DNA of 64,000 nt, from assembly GCA_002869265.1 (NCBI GenBank), contig PKTH01000003.1:8190-72189 (forward strand). The letters run 5' to 3'. This document shows, piece after piece, positions 37,814-46,877 of the stretch; position 1 is the stretch's first letter, and the number at the start of each line of letters is the position of its first letter. The translations under genes were made by a program, and so were the position numbers. The notes under the pieces were generated by a model. It was given only the letters and a program-made list of their open reading frames with translations, ran no database searches and was not told the DNA's origin. The DNA comes from Candidatus Parcubacteria bacterium (GTDB taxonomy: Bacteria > Patescibacteriota > Patescibacteriia > Patescibacteriales > BM507).

Positions 37814-39275
37814 AAATGTTAGAGTCAGATTCGCTCCATCGCCGACTGGATTTTTGCATATCGGAAGTCTTAGAACTGTTTTATTTAACTACGTTTTTGC
37901 AAAAAAATACGGAGGGAAATTTATATTAAGAATTGAAGACACAGACGAAAAAAGAAAAGTCGAAGGGTCAGTAGAAAATCTTATAGATATTTTCTCTTGG
38001 TTGGGCTTTGATTACGATGAGGGACCAGATAAAGATATGGGCTTTGGACCATATATCCAGAGTCAAAGAAACGATATATATACAAAATATATAAACCAAC
38101 TACAAAATGAAGGCAAGGCGTATAAATGTTTTTGTACGCCTGAAAGATTGCAAGAAATGAGAGAAAAACAACAAGCAGAAAAAAAAGCCCCAGGATATGA
38201 TGGGAAATGTTTACACCTAACAAAAGAAGAAATTGAAAAAAATCTTAAAGAAGGTAAGCCTTTTGTAGTAAGACAAAAAATACCAAAAGAAGGAGAGGTA
38301 ATTGTTTATGATGAATTGAAAGGCGAAATAGTATTTAAGGCTGAAGGCCTAGACGATCATGTTCTTCTTAAAGCAACCGGCACCCCGACATATCAATTTG
38401 CTAATGTAGTCGATGACCATCTAATGGAGATAAGCCATGTAATGCGTGGTGATGAATGGATACCATCCGCTCCTAAAAATGTCCTTTTGTATAGAGATCT
38501 TGGTTGGGAGCCCCCAAAATATATTCATTTACCTCTTATTATGAATAAAGAGGGTGGAAAATTAAGCAAAAGACAAGGAGACGTAACTGTTGAAGATTAC
38601 AAAGCTAAAGGCTACCTGCCAGAAGCCCTAATAAACTTTACAGCTCTTCTTGGTTGGCATCCAAAAGGAGATGAAGAAATCTTAAGCCTAGATGACATCA
38701 TTAAAAATTTCTCAATAGAGGGAATGGGCGTAAGCCCAAGTGTTTTTGATGTGGAGAAGCTCGATTTTTTTAACTCTCATTATATTAAGAATCTTAGTTC
38801 AGACAAATTACTAGAGCTTGCTAAACCTTTTATTGAAAAAAATACAAAGCTTAGTTCTAAGACTCATAAGAGTGAGGATGCTTTTCTCATAAAGGTAATT
38901 GCCACCGAGAAAGAAAGAGTCAAAAAATTATCTGACTTAGAAGAGGCGACTAAACTATTTTTTACTGACGAACTAGATTATTCTCCAGAGTTGTTGATAT
39001 GGAAAAAACTAGGAAAAGAACAAATTAAGTCTAATCTAGAAACAGTTTATGAACTAATCGAAAAGATTCCCGAGGAAAATTGGACCGAAGCAAGTTTAAA
39101 TGATGCAATATTTACTCACATTAAAGCTAAGGAACTAAAAGTAGGGGACTATCTATGGCCAATGAGAGTTTCACTCTCAGGTCAAGAAAAAAGCCCTGGC
39201 CCATACGAGATAGCTCAAGCTCTAGGTAAATCAGAATCACTCCTCAAAATACAAAAAGCAATTACTTTGCTCTAA
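37806..39275 (+). CDS. gltX: Glutamate--tRNA ligase
   Basis: RFAPSPTGFLHIG, RIEDTD, KLSKR. Confidence 0.97.
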   Translation: MDKNVRVRFAPSPTGFLHIGSLRTVLFNYVFAKKYGGKFILRIEDTDEKRKVEGSVENLIDIFSWLGFDYDEGPDKDMGFGPYIQSQRNDIYTKYINQLQNEGKAYKCFCTPERLQEMREKQQAEKKAPGYDGKCLHLTKEEIEKNLKEGKPFVVRQKIPKEGEVIVYDELKGEIVFKAEGLDDHVLLKATGTPTYQFANVVDDHLMEISHVMRGDEWIPSAPKNVLLYRDLGWEPPKYIHLPLIMNKEGGKLSKRQGDVTVEDYKAKGYLPEALINFTALLGWHPKGDEEILSLDDIIKNFSIEGMGVSPSVFDVEKLDFFNSHYIKNLSSDKLLELAKPFIEKNTKLSSKTHKSEDAFLIKVIATEKERVKKLSDLEEATKLFFTDELDYSPELLIWKKLGKEQIKSNLETVYELIEKIPEENWTEASLNDAIFTHIKAKELKVGDYLWPMRVSLSGQEKSPGPYEIAQALGKSESLLKIQKAITLL

Positions 39276-39348
39276 GTTGCCTAATATTAAATATAATATT
39301 TGGCTGTTAGACTAACTCTAAAAATGTTATAATATAGAAAAAGGATTA

Positions 39349-40596
39349 ATGAAAAAGATTTTATTTCTACTTGCAATAATTATTGTTAGTGGTGCTATTA
39401 TTAGGACCTCAGATTTTGCATACCTTGCTGAAGAGGAGAGCTACTCAACACCAGAATCAGCTAAGATAAACAATGAAATAAAAACAATCAATGAAGAAAT
39501 AGAAGATAGAAAGAATCGGATGCAAAAGATACAAGACAAACAAAAAAGCTACACTCAAGCTATTGCCCAAAAACAGAAAGACAAATCCACTCTTAATAGC
39601 CAGCTAGCTATACTTGATAATAGACTTGCCAAGGCTGAACTTGATATAGAATCAGTTGAAATTGATATTGAAAAAGTCTCTCTGGAGATTTCAAAAACAA
39701 ATCTTTCCATTCTGGATAAAGAAGCTGAGATAGAAGTAGAAAAAAGTAAAATTGAAAAAGTTATCCAGCTGCTTTATAAAGAGGGGAATATAGACACACT
39801 CCAAATATTACTTTTGAACAACTCCTTATCAGATTTTTTAACCCAAGTTAAATACCTTGAGAATGTTAACCAAGCAGTTAAAGAAAGTCTCGACAATTTA
39901 GTTTCCTTGAAAGAAAATTTAGAAGAAGAGAAGATCCAACTGGGAAAAAAGAATGACAATCTTGAATTACTTAAGAGTGACCTTATAGATAAAAAAGAGC
40001 TACTCAAAGCTGAACTTGAATCCAAAGAAACCCTACTAACTCAAGTAAATTCATCTGAAGCTGAATATCAAAAATTACTTGCTCAATCCAAAGAAGAACA
40101 ACAAGACGCTGCAGCAGAGATTGCCAGTATGGAAAAGCTTATCAGGGCTAAATTAGCAGCTCTTCAAGGGAAAAAACTAGAGTTCAACGAAAATGGTTTT
40201 GTTTGGCCGGTCAAAAAAAATGTCATAACTGCTTATTTTCATGATCCAGACTACCCATATAAAAATATTTTTGAACATCCCGCTATTGATATTCGGGCAG
40301 GGCAGGGGAGTACTCTAAAAGCAGCCGCTTCTGGCTATGTGGCCAGAGCAAAAGACGCTGGAATGGGATACAGTTATATCATGATAATACACGGAGATGG
40401 GCTCTCTACGGTATATGGACACGTTTCCAAGCTTTATGTCCAAGATGACGAATACGTCGTTCAGGGGCAAACTATAGGCCTCTCAGGAGGTATGCCTGGA
40501 ACACCAGGAGCTGGTAGACTGACAACTGGACCTCATCTTCATTTTGAGGTTAGAAAAGACGGAATCCCTGTAAACCCCCTAAACTATTTACAATAA
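39349..40596 (+). CDS. Coiled-coil M23 peptidase (EnvC-like architecture, Zn ligands intact)
   Basis: Long coiled coil; HPAID, YGH, GPHLHFEVR. Confidence 0.9.
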   Translation: MKKILFLLAIIIVSGAIIRTSDFAYLAEEESYSTPESAKINNEIKTINEEIEDRKNRMQKIQDKQKSYTQAIAQKQKDKSTLNSQLAILDNRLAKAELDIESVEIDIEKVSLEISKTNLSILDKEAEIEVEKSKIEKVIQLLYKEGNIDTLQILLLNNSLSDFLTQVKYLENVNQAVKESLDNLVSLKENLEEEKIQLGKKNDNLELLKSDLIDKKELLKAELESKETLLTQVNSSEAEYQKLLAQSKEEQQDAAAEIASMEKLIRAKLAALQGKKLEFNENGFVWPVKKNVITAYFHDPDYPYKNIFEHPAIDIRAGQGSTLKAAASGYVARAKDAGMGYSYIMIIHGDGLSTVYGHVSKLYVQDDEYVVQGQTIGLSGGMPGTPGAGRLTTGPHLHFEVRKDGIPVNPLNYLQ

Positions 40597-40660
40597 TATT
40601 TTTTTTAGTTATACTTTTTTTACTATTTTGCTCTTTAACCCAATATAAAAGGGGACTCTT

Positions 40661-40843
40661 ATGCGTTCACTAATGGACCAAGTTCTTTCGCTTAAAACAG
40701 TCAAAGGAAAAACTATCCCTTCACCAACAAAACCCGGATATGAAAAGCTTGCCAGAGAAGCAGACGAAAGAATTGACAACATTATTTCAAGTCGACTTAG
40801 AGGATTAGCAAAAGCAGCTACCGTAATGGTAAGAGGAGTGTGA
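40661..40843 (+). CDS. Hypothetical small protein (ORFan)
   Basis: 60 aa; AGGGGA upstream and boxA-like TGCTCTTTAAC at 40629. Confidence 0.5.
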   Translation: MRSLMDQVLSLKTVKGKTIPSPTKPGYEKLAREADERIDNIISSRLRGLAKAATVMVRGV

Positions 40844-40844
40844 C

Positions 40845-41042
40845 ATGATCTTAAATTTTGTTATGAATAACAACTTGTTCAGCATTATTTATCTTTTACT
40901 GTCTTTCGTCGCCCTTTCACTTGGAGCTATAATAACAATCCTTACTTCAACTCTCTTTTTCTCTATAAATGTAATTGCCCTTTTGTTTGCTGGAGTCTCA
41001 AATTTTCTCTACCAGGTTACCACTCATCCGGAACTAGAATAA
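40845..41042 (+). CDS. Small 2-TM membrane protein (ORFan)
   Basis: GAGGAG upstream; hydrophobic 65 aa. Confidence 0.5.
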   Translation: MILNFVMNNNLFSIIYLLLSFVALSLGAIITILTSTLFFSINVIALLFAGVSNFLYQVTTHPELE

Positions 41043-41080
41043 GTATTAGAACTCAAAGCAAGAAAAATTTTGCAATTAAA

Positions 41081-41106
41081 AAAGCACTGAAAATATTCAG
41101 TGCTTT
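41081..41106. terminator. Bidirectional terminator
   Basis: AAAGCACTGAA-aata-TTCAGTGCTTT. Confidence 0.7.
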
Positions 41107-41109
41107 GTT

Positions 41110-41487
41110 TTAGCTTAAAAACAATTTTTCTCCAATCGTGTAAGTTTTATCTTGAGAATTATCGAAATGAAGAAATGGGACAAACAAAAGAGAAAAGAAC
41201 GAAATAGAAATCCATAAGAAAAGAACAGGTAAACAATTTCTACTTTTATCAAAAAAATAATAAAATAATAACCTAATAAATGCATACAAGGCTACTAAAT
41301 ACAAAAGTATTAATACTACTTGAAGAACCATGGATAGCTCAGAAACATGATACAGCATACCAGTTACCCTTGTTTCGAATTTACTTGCCGGGTGAATATA
41401 CAAGGAGGCATTTATCAAGACGAGATAGATAGCAACAGTAAAAATTATAGCGACTAACAAACTTACAGAATGATATTTCTTACTCAT
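41110..41487 (-). CDS. 3-TM membrane protein (ORFan)
   Basis: AGGAGG upstream; three hydrophobic segments. Confidence 0.6.
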   Translation of the reverse strand: MSKKYHSVSLLVAIIFTVAIYLVLINASLYIHPASKFETRVTGMLYHVSELSMVLQVVLILLYLVALYAFIRLLFYYFFDKSRNCLPVLFLWISISFFSLLFVPFLHFDNSQDKTYTIGEKLFLS

Positions 41488-41574
41488 TTATTCCTCCTGT
41501 GAAATATAGTATAAGAAAAGAACAGAGTATATTACTCTGACATATCACCATTTATTTGTCAATAGTGGTTTTTA

Positions 41575-42531
41575 CTAATTTTTTAAGTTTTTCCCACTGT
41601 GAAATTTTTTATGGACATCTCTTAGCTGCTTATTAGTAACGTGCGTATAGATCTGTGTTGTAGCTATATTTTGATGTCCTAAGAATTCTTGTACTAAACG
41701 TAGGTCTACTCCTTGAGCAAGCAAATCAGTAGCGTAAGAGTGTCTAAGGGTGTGGGGGGTTGTCACTATGGGGAGGCCAGCTATTTTAACATATTTTTTG
41801 ACTATTTCTTCAACACTTTTAGTGGTAAGTCTACGTGGATTTGAGGTTTTTTCAATACCTGGTTTGTAATTTATAAAAAGTGCTGGATCCATATCTTGTC
41901 TTTTATTTATATATGCCCGCAACCACATAGTGGCTCTTTCTGAAAAATAAATAGCTCGAACTTTTGATCCTTTTCCGATGACAGAAACCTCCATGTCTTT
42001 AGTTTTTTCTGTTATTCTAAACTGCTCAGAGTCAAGTGCAACTAACTCTGCCACACGTAACCCAGTAGAAAATAATACCTCTAAAATCACTCTATCCCGC
42101 AGTCCAATTCTTGTTTCTATATTAGGCGCCAATAATAATTTTTCAACCTGATCCAAACTCAAAAATTTTATTTCTTTATCTGCTTTATCTTTAGCAAGTT
42201 TTATTTTGTCTGGGGGGAGAGAGGGGATATCTCTTTCAATGAAATACTCTAAAAAACTCCTCAGGGCTATAAGGTAATAATTTTGAGTAGATTTTTTTAA
42301 GGTTTTTTTTGTCCTGGGGTCAGTATGTCTTGAGAGGAAAACTCTGTATTTCAACACATGCTTATCAGTTAATTTTTCCGGTGATAATTTATCTAATCCT
42401 GAATCCTTTAACCATAAAAAAAATTTATTTAAAAATCGGGAATAATTTTCTTGCGTTTTAGAAGAAAGTCCTCTTTCAATTTCTAAAAAATCAAGATAGT
42501 CTGTAAGATGTTTTGATATTGCTTTTGCCAT
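41575..42531 (-). CDS. XerC/D-family tyrosine recombinase
   Basis: SAM-like N-domain; catalytic set TGLRVAEL, GKG, HTLRHS, LGH, TQIYTH. Confidence 0.93.
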   Translation of the reverse strand: MAKAISKHLTDYLDFLEIERGLSSKTQENYSRFLNKFFLWLKDSGLDKLSPEKLTDKHVLKYRVFLSRHTDPRTKKTLKKSTQNYYLIALRSFLEYFIERDIPSLPPDKIKLAKDKADKEIKFLSLDQVEKLLLAPNIETRIGLRDRVILEVLFSTGLRVAELVALDSEQFRITEKTKDMEVSVIGKGSKVRAIYFSERATMWLRAYINKRQDMDPALFINYKPGIEKTSNPRRLTTKSVEEIVKKYVKIAGLPIVTTPHTLRHSYATDLLAQGVDLRLVQEFLGHQNIATTQIYTHVTNKQLRDVHKKFHSGKNLKN

Positions 42532-42537
42532 ACAAAC

Positions 42538-42564
42538 ATTATAGCACTTATATTATGCGAAGTA
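42538..42564 (-). promoter_or_regulatory. xer promoter (extended -10, probably leaderless) overlapped by a dif half-site copy
   Basis: Minus strand TACTTCGCATAA-TATAAG-TGcTATAAT-gtttgt-ATG. Confidence 0.6.
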
Positions 42565-42653
42565 TATTGTTGACATAAAGTTCTATATAGAATATATTTA
42601 TAACTGTTGCTCATTTTACAAATCCCAAAATACTCATACGGAGAAAAAGAAAA

Positions 42654-42908
42654 ATGAAAATGTTTATTATCCTAATAGTAATATTTTCTATTACAAACAT
42701 CTGTTATGCAGAAGAACAAGATAATGATTATATCTTAATCGATCATAACAGCGCTCAAGCAAAAAAAGAAAATAAAGAACTATTTAGTCTCAAAGTCAAA
42801 GAAACAGAAAACATCACTTATTCTCTTTTTGTTGGTTGTAATGACAATCAGGAATTTGATCTATTTAAATGGGAAAAAATTGGCGCTAAAATGATTATTA
42901 GATTCTAA
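42654..42908 (+). CDS. Small secreted hypothetical protein (ORFan)
   Basis: Signal peptide ending CYA; TTGACA promoter upstream; terminator at about 42927-42952. Confidence 0.55.
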   Translation: MKMFIILIVIFSITNICYAEEQDNDYILIDHNSAQAKKENKELFSLKVKETENITYSLFVGCNDNQEFDLFKWEKIGAKMIIRF

Positions 42909-43309
42909 AATGCGCAAAAATACACGAGAGGACTAAAAACCCTCTTTTTTTTCTTAAAAATGCCATTTATTGACTAATATTAGCTATTTAGCTCAAAATG
43001 GCTTTCTAAGAGATTTTTCTGTCTTTTTGGTATAAATACACATAACTTTAAGCATGCTTTTATAGAAAGTACCTAGAAAGCGCGAGATAGAGCCTAGATT
43101 TAAAAGAAATATATCTATTTATTTCAATTAAATTTTTAAGTCTAAAAAAACCTTAACGAATTATGAAATAATATGGAGACACTTAAGAAGTAGGGGTTAA
43201 TGAATAAATGTATAAACCGACTTTAATAACTACTTAGATTTATGAGTTTTTATATAAAAAGGAGGGTAGAGTATTTGATTGACGGGAAGGCACCTTATTT
43301 ATAGTATTG

Positions 43310-43347
43310 ATAGTACTTCGCATAATGTAGATTAATCAACGTACTAT
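43310..43347. other. dif-like chromosome dimer resolution site
   Basis: ATAGTACTTCGCATAA-TGTAGA-TTAATCAACGTACTAT; 6-bp spacer between imperfect inverted arms; in a 700-bp non-coding gap near xer at the gene-orientation switch. Confidence 0.75.
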
Positions 43348-43602
43348 ATGTATTTAAAAGGCTTTTTAAGGCCTTTATAATACTTTCTAAAAATATTAAT
43401 ATTATGCGTCTGTTATTAACATCCCAAATATATTTATATCTGGATTGAACATCAACAGGAACTTTAAAAACAAAAGAAAGAATCCAATAACGACTAAGCA
43501 AAAAACAATAATGGCTAATACGAATAAAGTTTTAAATAACCCCTCCATAGTTTTGGCTAATATTAGCAAATAATGCTATAATTTACCTAATATTAGATTA
43601 AT

Positions 43603-44484
43603 TTATCTATAGTATATCATGTCTCCGAAACGAAGATCTATATACGTTTTTGAAAATAACTCATCTCTTAATTTCTCATTTCTCAAGAGAATAAGTTTCT
43701 GAATTTGTTGATCAATACCCTCCTCGACATTAAAGTATACATCAGGACCATCCATTATTTTCATAGTTAAGGTGTTGTCATTCTCATTTCCTACTGTAAA
43801 CTTTTCTACATTAAAAATATTTGTATCTCTTAACTCTTGATAAAGTTTAATAGCATATTCAAAATGCTTTTCTTTACCCGCGACCCTTTGATCAAGAATT
43901 AATAATCTGCCCTTGTTTTCAATAAGTGGAAAAATCTGTTTAAGCTCTTCGGGTAAGACTTCTATTATAATCTCTCCATTTGTTGTTATGTAATAATATC
44001 TTGAATCTTCAAACCAGACCAAGGCATAAGAAACTTCTTTCAAGTCTAGCTCCAGTTTATTGGGGAATTTTTTATTAACGACAATTGACTCAAAGGCTAA
44101 ATCTTCTTTTAGTTTATCATAAAGAGCATTTTCTTTAAACAAAAAGAAGTTATTACCGGGGAAAAATACATACTTTGACCGTAATTGCTCACGGGCAATC
44201 CTTTCTATCTGTTCCTCCCCTATTCCTCCTATATCATTTACACGGTCAAAGTTAATGCTTATGTCATATATTAAAAAATACTTTGAATAAATAAAAAACC
44301 AAAATAACAATGCAAATAAAGCAAAAAAGAACAAAACACTAAACTTGGTTTTCCATGAAAAATGGCTAAGAAGAGGTTTAGAACTTTTTTTATTAGCTTC
44401 ATTAAAATAGGGGTTGGTATATGATTTATGACTTACATATTGCCTACGACTATTTGTTCTCAGTTTTTTTTTATTTTTAAACAT
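43603..44484 (-). CDS. ftsQ: FtsQ/DivIB-like cell division protein
   Basis: Basic N-tail, one TM, POTRA (KKFPNKLELDLKE), C-terminal YIDLRFG; follows ddl. Confidence 0.75.
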   Translation of the reverse strand: MFKNKKKLRTNSRRQYVSHKSYTNPYFNEANKKSSKPLLSHFSWKTKFSVLFFFALFALLFWFFIYSKYFLIYDISINFDRVNDIGGIGEEQIERIAREQLRSKYVFFPGNNFFLFKENALYDKLKEDLAFESIVVNKKFPNKLELDLKEVSYALVWFEDSRYYYITTNGEIIIEVLPEELKQIFPLIENKGRLLILDQRVAGKEKHFEYAIKLYQELRDTNIFNVEKFTVGNENDNTLTMKIMDGPDVYFNVEEGIDQQIQKLILLRNEKLRDELFSKTYIDLRFGDMIYYR

Positions 44485-44508
44485 AATTACAAATTATGCC
44501 TTAGAATT

Positions 44509-45459
44509 TTATTTTTCACTTCTATTTTTAATGGCCTCTGTAATTATCCTTTCTAAAAGTTCAGAAAATGGGATCCCAGATTCTTTGGCTGCTTTAGGTA
44601 AAAGACTATTCTTTGTCATTCCAGGAATAGTATTCATTTCAATAAAGTGTATTAGGTTTGTAGTAGAATCAACTATGAAGTCAGCTCTCGCCAAGTCTCG
44701 ACAGTCTAAGATTTTAAAAATATCTACAGCCGCTTGTTGAAGAGAGTTTTTTAAGTCATCAGGAACAACTGCTGGGCATATTTCATCTGCGCCTCCATCT
44801 TCATACTTAGCTTTGTAATCAAACCAAGAAGAAACCTTCGGAATTATTTCGATCACTGGAAGAGCTTCTGGCATTTTATTGCCCATAACTGCAACTGTAA
44901 ATTCTCTACCCTTAATATATGACTCAAGTAGAGCGCTAAGACTATGGTCGTGCGCATTCTTTATAGCATCTTCCAACTCTTCTTTTGTATGAACAATTGA
45001 AACACCGATCGAAGATCCTTGTTCCATGGGCTTTACCACCAATGGTAAACCAAGGGTTGATATAATCTTTTTCACGTCAACACTCTCCCCTCTTTTTAGA
45101 ACCATGTCTTTAGCGACCGAGATGCCAAGGGTCTTAACAATCATCTTAGTACTATATTTATTCATAGCTATAGCACTAGTTAGGAGACCAGAAAAAAGAT
45201 AAGGAACTTTCAATAAATCCAACATCCCCTGCAAGCTGCCGTCTTCACCAGCAGTCCCGTATAGGGCGGGAAAAACAATATCAAATTTACCAGTACTCGC
45301 ATCAATAAAGAACTTCATTAAATCTTCTTTCGGATCATACCGAAAAACCTCATATTTTTCTTTATCCAGAGCATTAAAAATAACATCTCCTGCCCTTTGT
45401 GACACTTCTCTTTCTTGTGAACTACCTCCCGAGAGTAGGGCTAATTTAATTTTTTCCAT
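44509..45459 (-). CDS. ddl: D-alanine--D-alanine ligase
   Basis: GGSSQEREVS, GEDGSLQG, GSSIGV, DYKAKY, EMNTIPGMT. Confidence 0.96.
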   Translation of the reverse strand: MEKIKLALLSGGSSQEREVSQRAGDVIFNALDKEKYEVFRYDPKEDLMKFFIDASTGKFDIVFPALYGTAGEDGSLQGMLDLLKVPYLFSGLLTSAIAMNKYSTKMIVKTLGISVAKDMVLKRGESVDVKKIISTLGLPLVVKPMEQGSSIGVSIVHTKEELEDAIKNAHDHSLSALLESYIKGREFTVAVMGNKMPEALPVIEIIPKVSSWFDYKAKYEDGGADEICPAVVPDDLKNSLQQAAVDIFKILDCRDLARADFIVDSTTNLIHFIEMNTIPGMTKNSLLPKAAKESGIPFSELLERIITEAIKNRSEK

Positions 45460-45466
45460 ACAATAC

Positions 45467-45898
45467 TTATTTTATTTTTTTTAAATCTTTGTATAAAATG
45501 ATTGGCTGCATCGCCCGGATTTCTTCCGTGTAAATCATTTCGGGAATATCATTAAAAAGATATATTTTTTTATTCAAAACATGAGCAAACCCCATCTCCA
45601 TTAAAGTATTACCGCCAATGTAATTTTTTATATTATTCTTATCAAAATTGGCGACCAATATAGCTTCAGAAGATTTTATTTTTTTATAGTGCTCTCTAAT
45701 AAGATCTTCTCTAATCACTCTTTCTACTATATCACCAGAGGTCTTATCTTTTTTTATCCCATCAAGAGAAATTTCTCCTTTGTGAATTTTTTCTGAGGTA
45801 CTAGGTATCAAAACCTCATTCTCAGTTTTCTGAAGTTCTTTTAAAATTTCTATTATGTTTGGTGTTAGCGCTATGCTACCACAAATAGTAATTTTCAT
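45467..45898 (-). CDS. Nucleoside 2-deoxyribosyltransferase-like protein
   Basis: KITICGS N-terminus; AILVAN...YIGGNTLMEMGFA...KKIY. Confidence 0.55.
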   Translation of the reverse strand: MKITICGSIALTPNIIEILKELQKTENEVLIPSTSEKIHKGEISLDGIKKDKTSGDIVERVIREDLIREHYKKIKSSEAILVANFDKNNIKNYIGGNTLMEMGFAHVLNKKIYLFNDIPEMIYTEEIRAMQPIILYKDLKKIK

Positions 45899-46326
45899 TA
45901 TTTAATATTAAATTTATCAAACCAATATTTCCAAACTGGCTCTAGATCATCAGGGTTTATCTTACTAGCATCTTTCCATGCCCAGTCCTTAGCCTCTTCT
46001 TCTTCTATTATCACTTCACCCTTCCAGCTCAAAACCTCATAGAGGTACCAATGATGCCCCTGTGCAGTTCTGCACTCATTCCACTCAATATACTCCTCTG
46101 CCAAAATCTTATAAGAAAGTATATCTAAACCAGTCTCCTCTTTTGCCTCACGGAGCATTGCGTTCTCAGGAGTCTCTCCCTCATCAATGTGCCCAGCAGG
46201 ACAAGCCCAGCCATAAGGAATATTAGATCTATCAATCATTAGTATTTCATCTTTTTGGTTGCGTATTATAACGCCAACACTTTTATGCATACTAGTAGTT
46301 TTAATTAAACGGGTTTGGACTATCAA
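45898..46326 (-). CDS. Nudix hydrolase
   Basis: Nudix box GHIDEGETPENAMLREAKEETG; true start may be the internal Met (MHKSVG). Confidence 0.92.
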   Translation of the reverse strand: MIVQTRLIKTTSMHKSVGVIIRNQKDEILMIDRSNIPYGWACPAGHIDEGETPENAMLREAKEETGLDILSYKILAEEYIEWNECRTAQGHHWYLYEVLSWKGEVIIEEEEAKDWAWKDASKINPDDLEPVWKYWFDKFNIK

Positions 46327-46876
46327 AGGTTATTAGCGGGGTGTTGTTGTTTATGACATTCTTTTCTACTCCATATTTTTTATTGTAAAAATAATCAATT
46401 CCATCAAATACTGCTTCCCCATAGTCAAAGCCGAGTATCTCTGAAATCTTTTTTACTGCTGACTCTGATTTTCCTTCAATCTCCACAATTGGTTCAAGGT
46501 AGGGCCAGGTGTCAATTAAAACTTCTACTTCATCTAAAATCCACTTCTCTCTTAGGGTTTCTTGATATGATTTAAAGATAAAACCTGTGTTCTTAAGAAA
46601 AGAAACTCCACCATCATAAGAATCTATAACAATTTCTGTTTCTTCTTGCCCTTCTATTGAACCAGCTTTTATAGTTTTTACACTCATTGTTATCTTATCC
46701 CCCTCATGTCTAACTCTTGCCCAAGAATGATTATCACTCACACCTTTAGGTAAATTAAAAGTAGAGCGTTTCTGAAGGAACTCCTTTTTTAGGAGGGTGG
46801 CATTTACTTTCATTAGGTCTTCCCTTAAGGCCTCTTTATCTTTAATAGGGAAAGTTGCTTCGTACTCAATATTCAT
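46301..46876 (-). CDS. CYTH-domain (triphosphate tunnel) protein
   Basis: IEYE N-terminal motif, RVR, EETEI, RExW, IDTWP, EIEG. Confidence 0.85.
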   Translation of the reverse strand: MNIEYEATFPIKDKEALREDLMKVNATLLKKEFLQKRSTFNLPKGVSDNHSWARVRHEGDKITMSVKTIKAGSIEGQEETEIVIDSYDGGVSFLKNTGFIFKSYQETLREKWILDEVEVLIDTWPYLEPIVEIEGKSESAVKKISEILGFDYGEAVFDGIDYFYNKKYGVEKNVINNNTPLITFDSPNPFN

Positions 46877-46877
46877 T

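Noticed and set aside
41575..42531. Tyrosine recombinase as an integron or phage integrase
   Set aside because: XerC/D length and motifs, no obvious IntI-specific insertion, no attC array seen; a dif-like site explains it better.
43295..43501. 68-aa minus-strand ORF over the dif-like site
   Set aside because: TTG start, no SD or recognisable motif; likely spurious.
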